DNA of 64,000 bases, from assembly GCA_963555815.3 (NCBI GenBank), contig CAUVWX020000001.1, forward strand, positions 288,001 to 352,000, written 5' to 3'. The position numbers were made by a program, and so were the translations under genes. This DNA is from a bacterium (lineage in GTDB: Bacteria > UBA8248 > JACPRG01 > G963555815). Below the pieces are notes generated by a model. The model was not told the DNA's origin, did no database searches, and worked only from the letters and a program-made list of their open reading frames with translations. Below are positions 10,407 to 20,343 of this stretch, one piece after another. The stretch's first letter is position 1; every line of letters begins with the position of its first letter.

Positions 10407-11951
10407 ATGAAAGGACTCATCGAGGAACTCCGGCAGCGCAGGGCGGCCGCTCGCCTGGGAGGGGGCGAGAAGGCCCTTCAAAAGCAGCAGGCGCGGGGAA
10501 AGATGACGGCCCGCGACCGAATCGACTTCCTGCTGGATGAAGGGACCTTCGTCGAGCTTGACACCTTCGCGACCACCCGGTGCACCGACTTCGGGATGGA
10601 CCAGCGGCGTACTCCGGGAGACGGGGTGGTGACGGGCTCGGGGCGGATCGAGGGAAATCTCGTCTATCTCGCCTCCCAAGATTTCTCGGCCATGGGAGGA
10701 TCACTCGGTGAGATGCACGCCGAGAAGATCTGTCGGGCCATGGACCTTGCCGTAAAGTGTGGATGTCCCTTCCTGCAGATTAATGACTCCGGCGGTGCCA
10801 GGATCCAGGAGGGTATCTCCTCCCTGGCGGGCTACGCCAAGATCTTCCTCAGAAACACCCTCGCCTCAGGCGTCATCCCCCAGATCACCATCGTCCTGGG
10901 ACCCTGCGCCGGGGGCGCGGTCTACTCCCCCGCCATCACAGATTTCATCTTCATGGTCAAGGGGATGAGCCAGATGTTCATAACCGGCCCTGACGTCATC
11001 AAGGCCGTGACGGGAGAAGAGGTGACCTTTGAGGAGCTTGGAGGGGCCGCGGTCCACGGAACCCAGAGCGGGGTTGCCCACTTTGTCTCCCGGACGGAGC
11101 GTGAAAGCCTCTCCCTCGTGAAAAAGCTTCTGAGCTTTCTCCCTTCCAACAACCTGGATGACCCCCCGCAGGCCGAGCCCACCGATTCTCCTCCCCTTGA
11201 GGATGAGGAGCTGGAGCGCATCATCCCCGTCCGTCCGCAAGAACCCTACGATATCCGGGAGGTTTTTTCCCGGGTCTTTGACCACGGGGACCTCCTGGAG
11301 GTCCAGCCCGAATATGCCAAGAACGCCGTCGTCGGCTTTGCCCGGCTGAATGGCCACCCCGTCGGAGTCGTGGGCAACCAGCCCTCGGTCCTGGCCGGGG
11401 TCCTCGACATCAACTCCTCGGACAAGATCGCCCGCTTTGTCCGCTTCTGCGACTGCTTCAACCTCCCTCTGATCACCTTTGTGGACGTCCCGGGCTTCCT
11501 TCCGGGGACCCAGCAGGAGTTCGGGGGGATCATCCGCCACGGGGCCAAGATGCTCTATGCCTACTCAGAGGCGACGGTTCCCAAGATAAGCCTCATCCTG
11601 AGGAAAGCCTACGGAGGGGCCTATATCTCTTTGAGCGCCCGGGACATGGGATTCGACCGGGTCCTGGCCTATCCCACAGCGGAGATCGCCGTCATGGGGC
11701 CGGAGGCGGCGGCCAACATCATCTTCCGCCGCGAGATCGCCGAGGCCGAGGACCCAGAGGCAAAACGTACGGAGAAGCTCGAAGAGTTCAGAGAAAAGTT
11801 CACCAAGCCCTACACGGCAGCGGCGCTGGGCTACGTGGACGCCATCATCGAGCCCCGCGTCACGCGCTTAGAACTCACCCGAGGCCTTGAGATGACCTTG
11901 AAGAAGCGCGAGACCCGGCCCAGGAAGAAACACGGTAACATTCCTCTCTAA
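10407..11951 (+). CDS. mmdA: Acyl-CoA carboxyltransferase, alpha subunit of a Na+-translocating (methylmalonyl-CoA-type) decarboxylase
   Basis: DSGGARIQEG, GPCAGGAVYSPA, DVPGFLPG and C-terminal KKHGNIPL. Operon context. Confidence 0.85.
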   Translation: MKGLIEELRQRRAAARLGGGEKALQKQQARGKMTARDRIDFLLDEGTFVELDTFATTRCTDFGMDQRRTPGDGVVTGSGRIEGNLVYLASQDFSAMGGSLGEMHAEKICRAMDLAVKCGCPFLQINDSGGARIQEGISSLAGYAKIFLRNTLASGVIPQITIVLGPCAGGAVYSPAITDFIFMVKGMSQMFITGPDVIKAVTGEEVTFEELGGAAVHGTQSGVAHFVSRTERESLSLVKKLLSFLPSNNLDDPPQAEPTDSPPLEDEELERIIPVRPQEPYDIREVFSRVFDHGDLLEVQPEYAKNAVVGFARLNGHPVGVVGNQPSVLAGVLDINSSDKIARFVRFCDCFNLPLITFVDVPGFLPGTQQEFGGIIRHGAKMLYAYSEATVPKISLILRKAYGGAYISLSARDMGFDRVLAYPTAEIAVMGPEAAANIIFRREIAEAEDPEAKRTEKLEEFREKFTKPYTAAALGYVDAIIEPRVTRLELTRGLEMTLKKRETRPRKKHGNIPL

Positions 11952-11964
11952 GGAGACTCCAAGG

Positions 11965-12297
11965 ATGCAGATCTGGGGACAGGGAATTTTCCTCACCATA
12001 TTTGGAATGGTGATCATCTTCCTCTGTCTCATCGCGCTCAATCTCATCATCCACGGGCTGGATCGCCTGTTTCGCAAGCCCCCTCCAGGGGAAGCGCCAT
12101 CCTCTCTAAAAACTCCTCCTCAGCAAAAAGCCTCTCCCCCGGCAGAAGACCTCACGCCGGTCGTCTCGGCGGCAGCGGCGGCCTATCTCGAGGCTCAGAC
12201 AGGAGAGGGCTCCCACGTCTCCGTCAGGCGGGAAGTCTCCTCCCGATGGGTGGCGGACGGCCGGCAGGTCGCCATCTCCCGGAGTGATCACCTTTGA
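11965..12297 (+). CDS. OadG/MmdD-type membrane anchor subunit
   Basis: Single N-terminal TM helix, Pro-rich linker, VSAAAAAY helix and S-x-W-x3-GR C-terminal motif. Confidence 0.8.
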   Translation: MQIWGQGIFLTIFGMVIIFLCLIALNLIIHGLDRLFRKPPPGEAPSSLKTPPQQKASPPAEDLTPVVSAAAAAYLEAQTGEGSHVSVRREVSSRWVADGRQVAISRSDHL

Positions 12298-12698
12298 AGT
12301 TCACCATCACCTGGAACAACGTCACCTACGAGGTGGAGGTAGAGGAGACAGAGAAGCCAGGCCAGCTCCGGGTGAAGGTGGCAGGGGTGGAGCACCTGGT
12401 CGATGTGGTCCAGAAGAAAAATCCGGGGCGACAGCCCCATAAGCCCCAAACGCCGCGTCCCCAACCGACTCCGGCCCCAAGCGCCGGGGGAGTCGTGTCG
12501 GCCCCCCTTCCGGGCGTGGTCCTCTCTTTACCGGTCAAGGTGGGCGACAAGGTCCGCCCGAGCGACATCATCTGCGTCATAGAGGCGATGAAGATGGAGA
12601 CCCAGATCCGGGCGGGGCGAACGGGGACCGTGGCCGAGGTGATGGTCTCGGTGGGTGACAAGGTGGAGACAGGTCAGGCCCTAATCCGCATCGGGTGA
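12294..12698 (+). CDS. Biotin carboxyl carrier subunit
   Basis: EAMKM biotinylation motif, SAPLPG and a Pro-rich linker. Confidence 0.92.
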   Translation: MKFTITWNNVTYEVEVEETEKPGQLRVKVAGVEHLVDVVQKKNPGRQPHKPQTPRPQPTPAPSAGGVVSAPLPGVVLSLPVKVGDKVRPSDIICVIEAMKMETQIRAGRTGTVAEVMVSVGDKVETGQALIRIG

Positions 12699-12702
12699 GG
12701 AA

Positions 12703-13833
12703 ATGTTGTTAGAAGCGTGGATGGACTCCATTCGGCAGTTTGTCAGCCTAACGGGTTTTTTCAATTTCACCTGGGGGCACGGGGCCATGATCGCCATTGG
12801 CGCCGTCCTCATCTTTCTCGCTATCCGAAAGGGCTTTGAGCCCCTCCTCCTCCTCCCCATCGGGGTAGGGGTCATCCTCACCAACCTCCCCCTTGGAGGG
12901 GTGTTCAGCGAGGGGGGCCTGCTCAACTATTTTTATTTCGGCGTCAAGCAAGGAATCTTCCCCCCCCTGATCTTCTTGGGGATAGGGGCCCTGACGGATT
13001 TTGGCCCCCTCCTCTCTAATCCCAAGACCATCCTTCTCGGGGCCGCGGCACAGTTCGCCATCTTCGGGGCCCTTCTCGGCGCCATCGCTCTTGGGTTTGA
13101 TCTGTCCGAAGCAAGCTCGATTGGGATCATCGGCGGAGCCGACGGGCCAACATCCATCTATCTGTCCGCGAAGCTCGCGCCTCACCTCCTTGGCCCTGTG
13201 GCAGTCGCGGCCTATTCCTATATGGCCCTTGTCCCCATTATCCAACCCCCCATCATGCGCCTTCTCACCACCGAGGCAGAACGCAAGATCGTGATGGTCG
13301 AGCCCCGGTCCATCTCGAAGCCGGTCCGCATCCTCTTTCCCATCGTGACGACCATCTTCACGGGGCTCGTCGTCCCGCCCGCCGTCCCCCTCATCGGGAT
13401 GCTGATGTTGGGAAACCTCTTTCGGGAATCGGGTGTGGTCGGGCGGCTCCTGAAAACCGCCGAAAATGAACTCCTGAACCTCGTGACCATCCTCCTCGCT
13501 GTCTCCGTGGGGGCCTCTATGACGGCCAAGGAGTTTTTGAATATGCAGACCCTCTTCATCCTCGTCCTTGGACTCATCGCCTTCTCCCTCGGGACGGCCT
13601 CCGGGGTCCTCTTTGCGAAGGTCATGAACCTCTTCTCCGAACACAAGATCAACCCCCTCATCGGCTCAGCGGGGGTTTCGGCGGTCCCCATGGCCGCCCG
13701 GGTTTCTCAGAAGGTGGGCCAGGAGGCTGACCCCAACAACTTCCTCCTCATGCACGCCATGGGGCCCAATGTGGCGGGGGTCATTGGTTCGGCCCTCGCC
13801 GCCGGGATCCTCATCGCCCTGGTTGGAAGCTAA
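12703..13833 (+). CDS. Na+-translocating decarboxylase beta subunit (OadB/MmdB)
   Basis: [32 protein letters not shown] and HAMGPNVAG motifs. Confidence 0.95.
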   Translation: MLLEAWMDSIRQFVSLTGFFNFTWGHGAMIAIGAVLIFLAIRKGFEPLLLLPIGVGVILTNLPLGGVFSEGGLLNYFYFGVKQGIFPPLIFLGIGALTDFGPLLSNPKTILLGAAAQFAIFGALLGAIALGFDLSEASSIGIIGGADGPTSIYLSAKLAPHLLGPVAVAAYSYMALVPIIQPPIMRLLTTEAERKIVMVEPRSISKPVRILFPIVTTIFTGLVVPPAVPLIGMLMLGNLFRESGVVGRLLKTAENELLNLVTILLAVSVGASMTAKEFLNMQTLFILVLGLIAFSLGTASGVLFAKVMNLFSEHKINPLIGSAGVSAVPMAARVSQKVGQEADPNNFLLMHAMGPNVAGVIGSALAAGILIALVGS

Positions 13834-13903
13834 GGAGCCCACGCCGGGACTTTGAAAGAAATTTTTGGGTCCTCAAGCTCACTGAAGAAATAGGGAGGTT
13901 CAC

Positions 13904-14158
13904 ATGAAAAAATACCTGTTGGTCCTGGGATGGATCATTTGGATCAACAGCGGACCATCCTGGCAGCGTCTGGGCTCGTTCGAGTCCGAATCAGAATGCA
14001 GTACGGAGATGACCACCCGCATGGAGAAAATGGCGGGGACCAGGGTGGAAGGGAGCGTCGTGAGTGATCACACGATCAAGTTCCGAGACGCGTCGGGCAA
14101 TTTTCGACTTCTGAATTTTTCTTGTATCTCGGACGACATCGATCCGCGTTACCAATAG
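13904..14158 (+). CDS. Small hypothetical protein
   Basis: GGGAGG RBS, hydrophobic N-terminus, two Cys, ends in IDPRYQ. Confidence 0.6.
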   Translation: MKKYLLVLGWIIWINSGPSWQRLGSFESESECSTEMTTRMEKMAGTRVEGSVVSDHTIKFRDASGNFRLLNFSCISDDIDPRYQ

Positions 14159-14274
14159 GAAGAACCTTAGCTGTCATTCTGAAGTGGGTTAAAGGTGGGC
14201 CGCAGCGAAAAGCTAAAAATCCCAAAACGTCCTGCTAGATTCTAAACGTCTTTTCAGTCCTCTCTCTTTTCAAT

Positions 14275-15261
14275 TCAACGCAGGTGGCAGGCGACTTGGC
14301 GGCCGTCAGGGAGGGTTTTTAGAATGGGGATTTCTTTGCGGCAGCGATCCTCGACATAGGGGCAGCGGGTATGGAAAACGCATCCCGAGGGGGGGTGGAT
14401 GGGGCTCGGGATGTCCCCTTTGAGGACGACGCGGTCCCGCCGGCGCGAGGGGTCCGGGACAGGGACGGCCGAAAGGAGGGCTTCTGTATAGGGGTGCTGG
14501 GGGGAACGATAAAGACTCTCGCTATCGGCCACCTCCATGATCTTCCCCAGATACATGACCGCGATCCGATGGCTGATGTGCCGGATCACATTCAGGTCGT
14601 GGGCGATGATGAGATACGTGAGCCCGTATTCTCGCTGAAGATCCTGAAGGAGATTGATCACCTGGGCCTGGATGGAGACGTCGAGGGCGGAGACAGGCTC
14701 ATCCCCGATGATGAGATCCGGCTGAAGGGCGAGGGCACGGGCGATGCCGATCCGCTGCCGTTGCCCTCCGCTGAACTCATGGGGATAGCGCCGCATGTGC
14801 TCGGCCGAGAGGCCGACGCGTTGCAGGATGGCCTCTACCCGGCCGGCCCGATCGGAACGAGAGCCGATCTTGTGGATGATGAGGGGCTCCCCCACGATGC
14901 TCCCCACCGTCATGCGGGGGTTCAAGGAGGCATATGGGTCTTGAAAGATAATCTGCATCTGGCGGCGAAGGGTCCGAAGCTCCTCCTTCTTAAGTTTCAG
15001 GACATCTATCCCCTTGAAGTAGACCTCGCCTGAGGTGGGTTCGATGAGACGAAGGATGGCCCGGCCTGTGGTGGACTTTCCGGAACCGCTCTCCCCCACC
15101 AGCCCCAGGGTCTCGCCCTGGCGGATGTGGAAGCTAATGCCGTCCACCGCCCGGACATAGCCCACCGCCTTCGAAAAGAGCCCCCCCCTCAGGGGGAAAT
15201 ATTTCTTGAGCTCTTTGACCTCTAAGAGGGTCTCATTGGTGTGAGTCGTGGGGGACGCCAA
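14275..15261 (-). CDS. Oligo/dipeptide ABC transporter ATPase (OppF/DppF-type)
   Basis: [24 protein letters not shown] and HPYT...C-terminal Cys motif. Confidence 0.93.
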   Translation of the reverse strand: MASPTTHTNETLLEVKELKKYFPLRGGLFSKAVGYVRAVDGISFHIRQGETLGLVGESGSGKSTTGRAILRLIEPTSGEVYFKGIDVLKLKKEELRTLRRQMQIIFQDPYASLNPRMTVGSIVGEPLIIHKIGSRSDRAGRVEAILQRVGLSAEHMRRYPHEFSGGQRQRIGIARALALQPDLIIGDEPVSALDVSIQAQVINLLQDLQREYGLTYLIIAHDLNVIRHISHRIAVMYLGKIMEVADSESLYRSPQHPYTEALLSAVPVPDPSRRRDRVVLKGDIPSPIHPPSGCVFHTRCPYVEDRCRKEIPILKTLPDGRQVACHLR

Positions 15262-15266
15262 TATCT

Positions 15267-16286
15267 CTAAGTCCTTCTTGGCAGTGGATCTTCGGGGTCC
15301 TCGAGCCAGCAGCGGGTCGTCTGGCCGTCATGGACAGGAAAGAGTGGGGGCTCCTTCTCTAGACAGCGGTCCTGGGCGTGGGGGCAGCGGGGGGCGAATT
15401 TGCATCCGCTGGGAAGCTCGTAGAGGCCCGGCACGACCCCCGGGATCTCGGAGAGCCGCGTCCCCTTCTGGGTGTCCAGACGAGGGACCGAGTTCAGGAG
15501 ACCCTGGGTATAAGGGTGACGCGGGTCCCGGAAGATGGTCTCTACGTCCCCCTGCTCCACGACGACGCCGGCGTACATCACGGCCACCCGCTGGGCCGTC
15601 TCGGCCACAACGCCAAAGTCATGGGTGATGTAGATGATGGCCGTCCCGAGGTCCTCCTTGAGTTTCATCATCAGATCCAGGATCTGGGCCTGGATGGTGA
15701 CGTCCAGGGCAGTGGTCGGCTCGTCGGCAATGAGGACCTGGGGATTGCAAGAGAGGGCCATGGCGATCATGGCCCGCTGCCGCATTCCCCCCGAGAGCTG
15801 ATGGGGATAGTCCTTGGCCCGCTGGGGGGCGTCGGAGATCCCCACCTTGTCCAGCATCTCGGCGGCCCTGTCAAAGGCGGCCCGCTTCCCAAGCTTCTGG
15901 TGGAGGATGATGGCCTCTGCGATCTGATAGCCCACCGTAAAGACCGGGTTCAAAGCAGTCATGGGCTCCTGGAAGATCATGGAGATGTCGTTTCCCCGGA
16001 CCTTACGAATCTCAGCATTTGAGAGTTTCAGGAGGTCTCGCCCCCGAAACCGGATCTCGCCTCCCACCGTGCGCCCCGGGGGGTCTGGGATCAGCCGCAA
16101 GATGGAAAGGGCCGTCACCGTCTTCCCGCAGCCAGACTCCCCCACCAGGGAGAGGGTCTCACCGGGGCCCAGGGTGAAGCTCACCCCGTCCACCGCCTTG
16201 GCAACGCCCTCGGCCGTGAAGAAATAGGTCTTCAAATCCTGGACGTCCAGGAGAAAACCGTTTCGATTCTGATCAGATGCCGTCAT
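15267..16286 (-). CDS. Oligo/dipeptide ABC transporter ATPase (OppD/DppD-type)
   Basis: [24 protein letters not shown] and HPYT motifs. Confidence 0.93.
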   Translation of the reverse strand: MTASDQNRNGFLLDVQDLKTYFFTAEGVAKAVDGVSFTLGPGETLSLVGESGCGKTVTALSILRLIPDPPGRTVGGEIRFRGRDLLKLSNAEIRKVRGNDISMIFQEPMTALNPVFTVGYQIAEAIILHQKLGKRAAFDRAAEMLDKVGISDAPQRAKDYPHQLSGGMRQRAMIAMALSCNPQVLIADEPTTALDVTIQAQILDLMMKLKEDLGTAIIYITHDFGVVAETAQRVAVMYAGVVVEQGDVETIFRDPRHPYTQGLLNSVPRLDTQKGTRLSEIPGVVPGLYELPSGCKFAPRCPHAQDRCLEKEPPLFPVHDGQTTRCWLEDPEDPLPRRT

Positions 16287-16435
16287 GATAATGAAGGTTT
16301 AGAAAAACTCATTCAAAGGGTTTCATCCCGGCGAAGCCGAACTCGCAACTATGCTAGCACCAGGCACTTAACGGGCACAAGCCCGGCGGGGGTAAACTCC
16401 GCTTCGGCCTTGATGATGTCCAAGCCAAACAATCG

Positions 16436-17128
16436 TCAACGCGATCGCCGCAAGATCAGTCCCCGGATGGAGTACACGTGCAGCATGAAGAACATCGGGA
16501 CCACGTATCCCGGAATCAGATAGAACGGGAAGAAATCGGCGATGCGGTCACTTGGGCCAATGAACACCAGTCCCAGCGGCAAAACCGAAAAGAAATCGAC
16601 GAGCCCCACCACGTTCCAGAGGATCAATGCGCCGACGGCGAAGCGTTTCCGGCCAAAGGAGAGATAGGCAGCAATGCCCCCGAGGGCGCCCGAGATGATG
16701 TCACCGTAGCCCGCTGAGAGCGCAACCACCCCCGGCGCTTCGCCCAACTCATAAATGGCCAGAAAGGCGAAGCCGAAAACGATGCGCAAGGTGTGAAACC
16801 CAGCAAACCAATACTGGGGAATAGCGTCGACCATCCGCCGATAGCCGCGTGAGGCGAATAGCACCACCCCAACCACGATGGGGACGAGGACGGCGATGCC
16901 GAGGAATGCCGCTTCAGCTTTGTACACACCCAGGGTTGCCGTCCACACCGCGATTCCATACCAAACCGCGAGAACGACGGCAATGATGGCGCCGAGCGCC
17001 CTCTGGCGGGTCGGTGCAACGCCCAGGTGACGAATGCCAATCATGAGCACGAACCAGAAAAGGAACGCAGTCACGACAGCAAAGGCGATGATTTGACCGG
17101 CGATCTGTGCGGGAAAGAAAGCGCTCAT
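16436..17128 (-). CDS. Hypothetical integral membrane protein
   Basis: About 7 hydrophobic segments with HTLR...G and AGYGDI motifs. ATG follows AAAGGGGGT. Confidence 0.7.
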   Translation of the reverse strand: MSAFFPAQIAGQIIAFAVVTAFLFWFVLMIGIRHLGVAPTRQRALGAIIAVVLAVWYGIAVWTATLGVYKAEAAFLGIAVLVPIVVGVVLFASRGYRRMVDAIPQYWFAGFHTLRIVFGFAFLAIYELGEAPGVVALSAGYGDIISGALGGIAAYLSFGRKRFAVGALILWNVVGLVDFFSVLPLGLVFIGPSDRIADFFPFYLIPGYVVPMFFMLHVYSIRGLILRRSR

Positions 17129-17225
17129 GGTGACCCCCCTTTCTGTGACAATTCTACACCATGAACGGCTGAAATCAGACACTCAAAAGCCTTGGATCTC
17201 CTTTTTCCTGTAAAACGATCTTTAG

Positions 17226-18045
17226 TTACAATTTTTCAGCGACCATGATCGTGTATAGTAGTTTTCCTTTGGCATAACCTTTTTTCATACTCCTGAACGC
17301 TTTCAGATGACCCAGACCCTCCTTTCCATAATGGGCGGCCAACTTCCATAACGATTTGTCTTTAATGATCTCCAAACTCAGGTCCCAGGTCTTTTTCACC
17401 CTGAGGCTGATATCCTCATAACACACCAAGCCAAAACGGTTCTCATCAAGAAGTTTCAGGTATTTCTTGGCCGTCGGCAATAAGCAAAACATGCCTTCTT
17501 CAACGGGCTGAATATATTTCTTCTCTTCACGTTCAGTTAAATTGTCTTATTTCATCCAAGCGGCTATGCAAAGCTTTCCGCCTGTTTTTCAGCATCTGAC
17601 GGCTCTTCCTGAAAAAATTTGGATGATCTTGTAAATGGGAAAGGACTTCCACAACCCACACCACATCAAATGTGTCGTTTAAAACCATGTCATTTGCATC
17701 CATCACCATAAATTTCGGTTTTTTAAGGAGTTTCACGGACGCTTGACGGGCCATTTCGACTTGTCGAGAACTGATGGTAATTCCCGTCACTTCACAATTA
17801 AAATTTTCAGTCAGCCAGATGGCTGTGCCTCCGATGCCGCAACCAACGTCCAAGACCTTTGAGCCGGGTTTTAACGAGGATTTTTTCGCAAGAACTTTGA
17901 TCAGTTCTTCAACCGCCTGTTTCTTCGATTCGCGGCCAGTCAGGTAGTATCCATGATGGATATGGCCGCCCCACAATTCTCGATAAATCGAAGAAGTGAC
18001 ATCATAATACTCTTATATTTTTTGTTCTAATGTTCGATTTTCCAT
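17226..18045 (-). pseudogene. SAM-dependent methyltransferase (tocopherol/sterol C-methyltransferase-like), inactivated
   Basis: YYD...LWGGHIHHGYY, VLDVGCGIGG and GITIS motifs. In-frame TAA at 18013-15 and 17547-49, and a frameshift in the homopolymer run at 17585-89. Low GC. Confidence 0.85.
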
Positions 18046-18283
18046 CATGCCCCGTACGGAAGGCGTCGGTCAAAACAATCCCGTCTGCTCACGTGTGATT
18101 TTGAAATTCCCCCACCCGTCGGACGTATCATCCAGGGGGACGACAGCCCTCTCCTCGGACAAGGGAGGCCACAGAGCGATGGGGAAACTAGTCTGGAGAT
18201 AGGGATTACACCCGTTCTGTGCCAAGCGTCCGCTGGCCCCCTCATTCCGAGACCCCAGAGGACAGCTTGGCCTCACCGGATCG

Positions 18284-18901
18284 TCACTTCCGGTTCATGC
18301 AGAGGATACATGTCCAATAGCCGAACAGATTCACTTGCGCCTCTTCGTGGACTTCCAGCTCGCTTTCCTTCAGGAGGCCCCGAAGGTCCAAATTGGCGTT
18401 CCACCCGAATTTTTGCCACAGACCGTTTGAGATCTCCTCCATCGCGGCCAGGAAGGGCTGGTTGCTCTTGAAATGATTGATGAAGGTGATGCGGCCACCC
18501 GGCTTGCACACCCTTTTGATCTCCCGGAGGAGGCCGTTCGGGTCTGGGACTACGCTGACCACATAGGCGGCCGAAACGCAGTCGAAGAAGTTGTCCGGAA
18601 ATTTCATCGCGCATGCGTCCATCTCGATAAGCTCAACATTCTGGAGATGAAGCTTCGTCATCCTTTTCGCAGCCCGGGTCAGCATCTTTGATGAAAGGTC
18701 GATGCCGGTGACATGGGCCGAGCGGGGAAAAAGCGGCAAAGAGAGCCCCGTTCCGACTCCCGCTTCCAGGATGCGCTCTCCCGGACGGGGGCCAAGGAGC
18801 TTTACAGCCACTGAGCGGCCCTCAGAGAAGACCTGCTTGAAGATGAGGTCATAGACGGAAGAGTAACGAGAATAAATCTTTGCGACGGCTTGAGTGTCGA
18901 T
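18284..18901 (-). CDS. Phospholipid (PE) N-methyltransferase PmtA-like class I methyltransferase
   Basis: ILEAGVGTG, GIDLS, YVVSVVPDP and RVCKPGG...NHF motifs. The family-like N-terminus (IYSRYSSVYDLIF) extends the frame to an ATC at 18901; the start codon is uncertain. Confidence 0.8.
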   Translation of the reverse strand: MDTQAVAKIYSRYSSVYDLIFKQVFSEGRSVAVKLLGPRPGERILEAGVGTGLSLPLFPRSAHVTGIDLSSKMLTRAAKRMTKLHLQNVELIEMDACAMKFPDNFFDCVSAAYVVSVVPDPNGLLREIKRVCKPGGRITFINHFKSNQPFLAAMEEISNGLWQKFGWNANLDLRGLLKESELEVHEEAQVNLFGYWTCILCMNRK

Positions 18902-19140
18902 CTAGATCACCCCCCCCACAAGTTGAAAAAAAAGAGAAAAATGCCCCCTTCCTTTTCAATTGGCATCAAAGCAGGATTGGTGCAGAATTAAAACTACTCT
19001 AGGAGAACCCCTCCTAGGGCGTCAAGTGCTTTCTTCCCTTCGGCGAAAAGGGGGGGCTCTTTCTCCATTCTGGAGGAACCATGAGAGAAAAACCTTCGGG
19101 GCACCTTCCCTGTCGAGCGGAATGTTTGCCGAGAAGACCC

Positions 19141-20250
19141 ATGCGCCACCTCCTCTTCCTCACCCTCTTGCTCCTCCTCTCGGCATGCGCCGCGCAGCGT
19201 CTTCCTCAAGAGGACCCCTGGGTCCGCGCCCCCGGAGTTTTCCCCACCCTCGAAGACGCCCTGCCCCCCCTGGTAGATGTCCTCTGGCGCCCCTATGAGG
19301 ATCGCGTGAAGGCCTCTCCGGGACGGCGCGCCCGAGTAACCCTCCAGACGGTTGGAGTGGGGTCCTTCTCCCATGAAAAGGACGGTCTTCGCTATGCCTT
19401 CTCACGGCGCGTGGAGAGAGCCCTGGCCCGCCCTCTGGAGGCACGGACGGGCTTGATAGTCTATGACCGAGAAACCCTGGAGCGGTGGGAGGAGGACTTT
19501 ATGGTCCGCGCAGCCGGATTCCCTTCCCACGGACGCGTGATGAGGTCCTACACGTTTGATGCGAGCCGGGAGGCGGCCGAATATGTCGGCCTGAACACCG
19601 TCGTTATGGGCCAGTTCTTCGCAGAGGGGCCCCACTTGGTGCTTCGGGCCGAATTGATACGCTTGGGCGCGGGGAAAGGGGGGAGGAGCCAGCGCCTGAG
19701 CAGGGCGGAGGTGCTCCTGGACCTGGACGCGGTTCCACTCCCTGAGTTCCTGGGCCCCTTACCTGCCCGGCCCCATGGTTCCCTGGTGCCGCCCCCCGCA
19801 CCCTGGGTGCAAAGCCCCATCAGCGTCTGGTACGAGATCCTAGAGGCCAACGGGGCCCGACGCCGCGGGGTGCAGGGAACGCCCGTCGCCGACGGGGACG
19901 CCGTCTTGTCACAGTTCATGGTGGTGAGGCCTGTTCACGTCCTCGTGGTCCGCCTGGACAGCGAAGGGGACCTCCAGATCCTCTTCCCCGACCGGGAGGC
20001 CTCCGGGAGCGATAGAGCCGAGGTGGGGAGACGCTACATCGTGGTGGACCATGTGGACGCCCCTCCAAAAGTGGCCGTCCACTTTGTTCTCTACTCGGAG
20101 GAGCCGATGAATTTTCAGCGAGACATTTTCGAGGCCGTCTCGGCCTTGCAAAGCCAGGTCCAGGCCGGGGCCGGAAGGGAGGCGGTGGCGTCGAGCCTGA
20201 TCCTCCCGCCTGGGATCCACCAGGTCCGCCTCTGGTTCACGTTCGGTTAA
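19141..20250 (+). CDS. Lipoprotein with a probable C-terminal DUF4384-like domain
   Basis: Lipobox LSAC after a hydrophobic stretch. C-terminal VLVVRLDSEGDLQILFP pattern. Confidence 0.6.
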   Translation: MRHLLFLTLLLLLSACAAQRLPQEDPWVRAPGVFPTLEDALPPLVDVLWRPYEDRVKASPGRRARVTLQTVGVGSFSHEKDGLRYAFSRRVERALARPLEARTGLIVYDRETLERWEEDFMVRAAGFPSHGRVMRSYTFDASREAAEYVGLNTVVMGQFFAEGPHLVLRAELIRLGAGKGGRSQRLSRAEVLLDLDAVPLPEFLGPLPARPHGSLVPPPAPWVQSPISVWYEILEANGARRRGVQGTPVADGDAVLSQFMVVRPVHVLVVRLDSEGDLQILFPDREASGSDRAEVGRRYIVVDHVDAPPKVAVHFVLYSEEPMNFQRDIFEAVSALQSQVQAGAGREAVASSLILPPGIHQVRLWFTFG

Positions 20251-20343
20251 GGGAGACCTTCACGAGGGCGGCGGTTTCATCAAAATCCGAAGGCGCAATG
20301 AAGGGCCGCGGGAGAGGAATATAGGCCCAAAAAGGGGGGAGGT

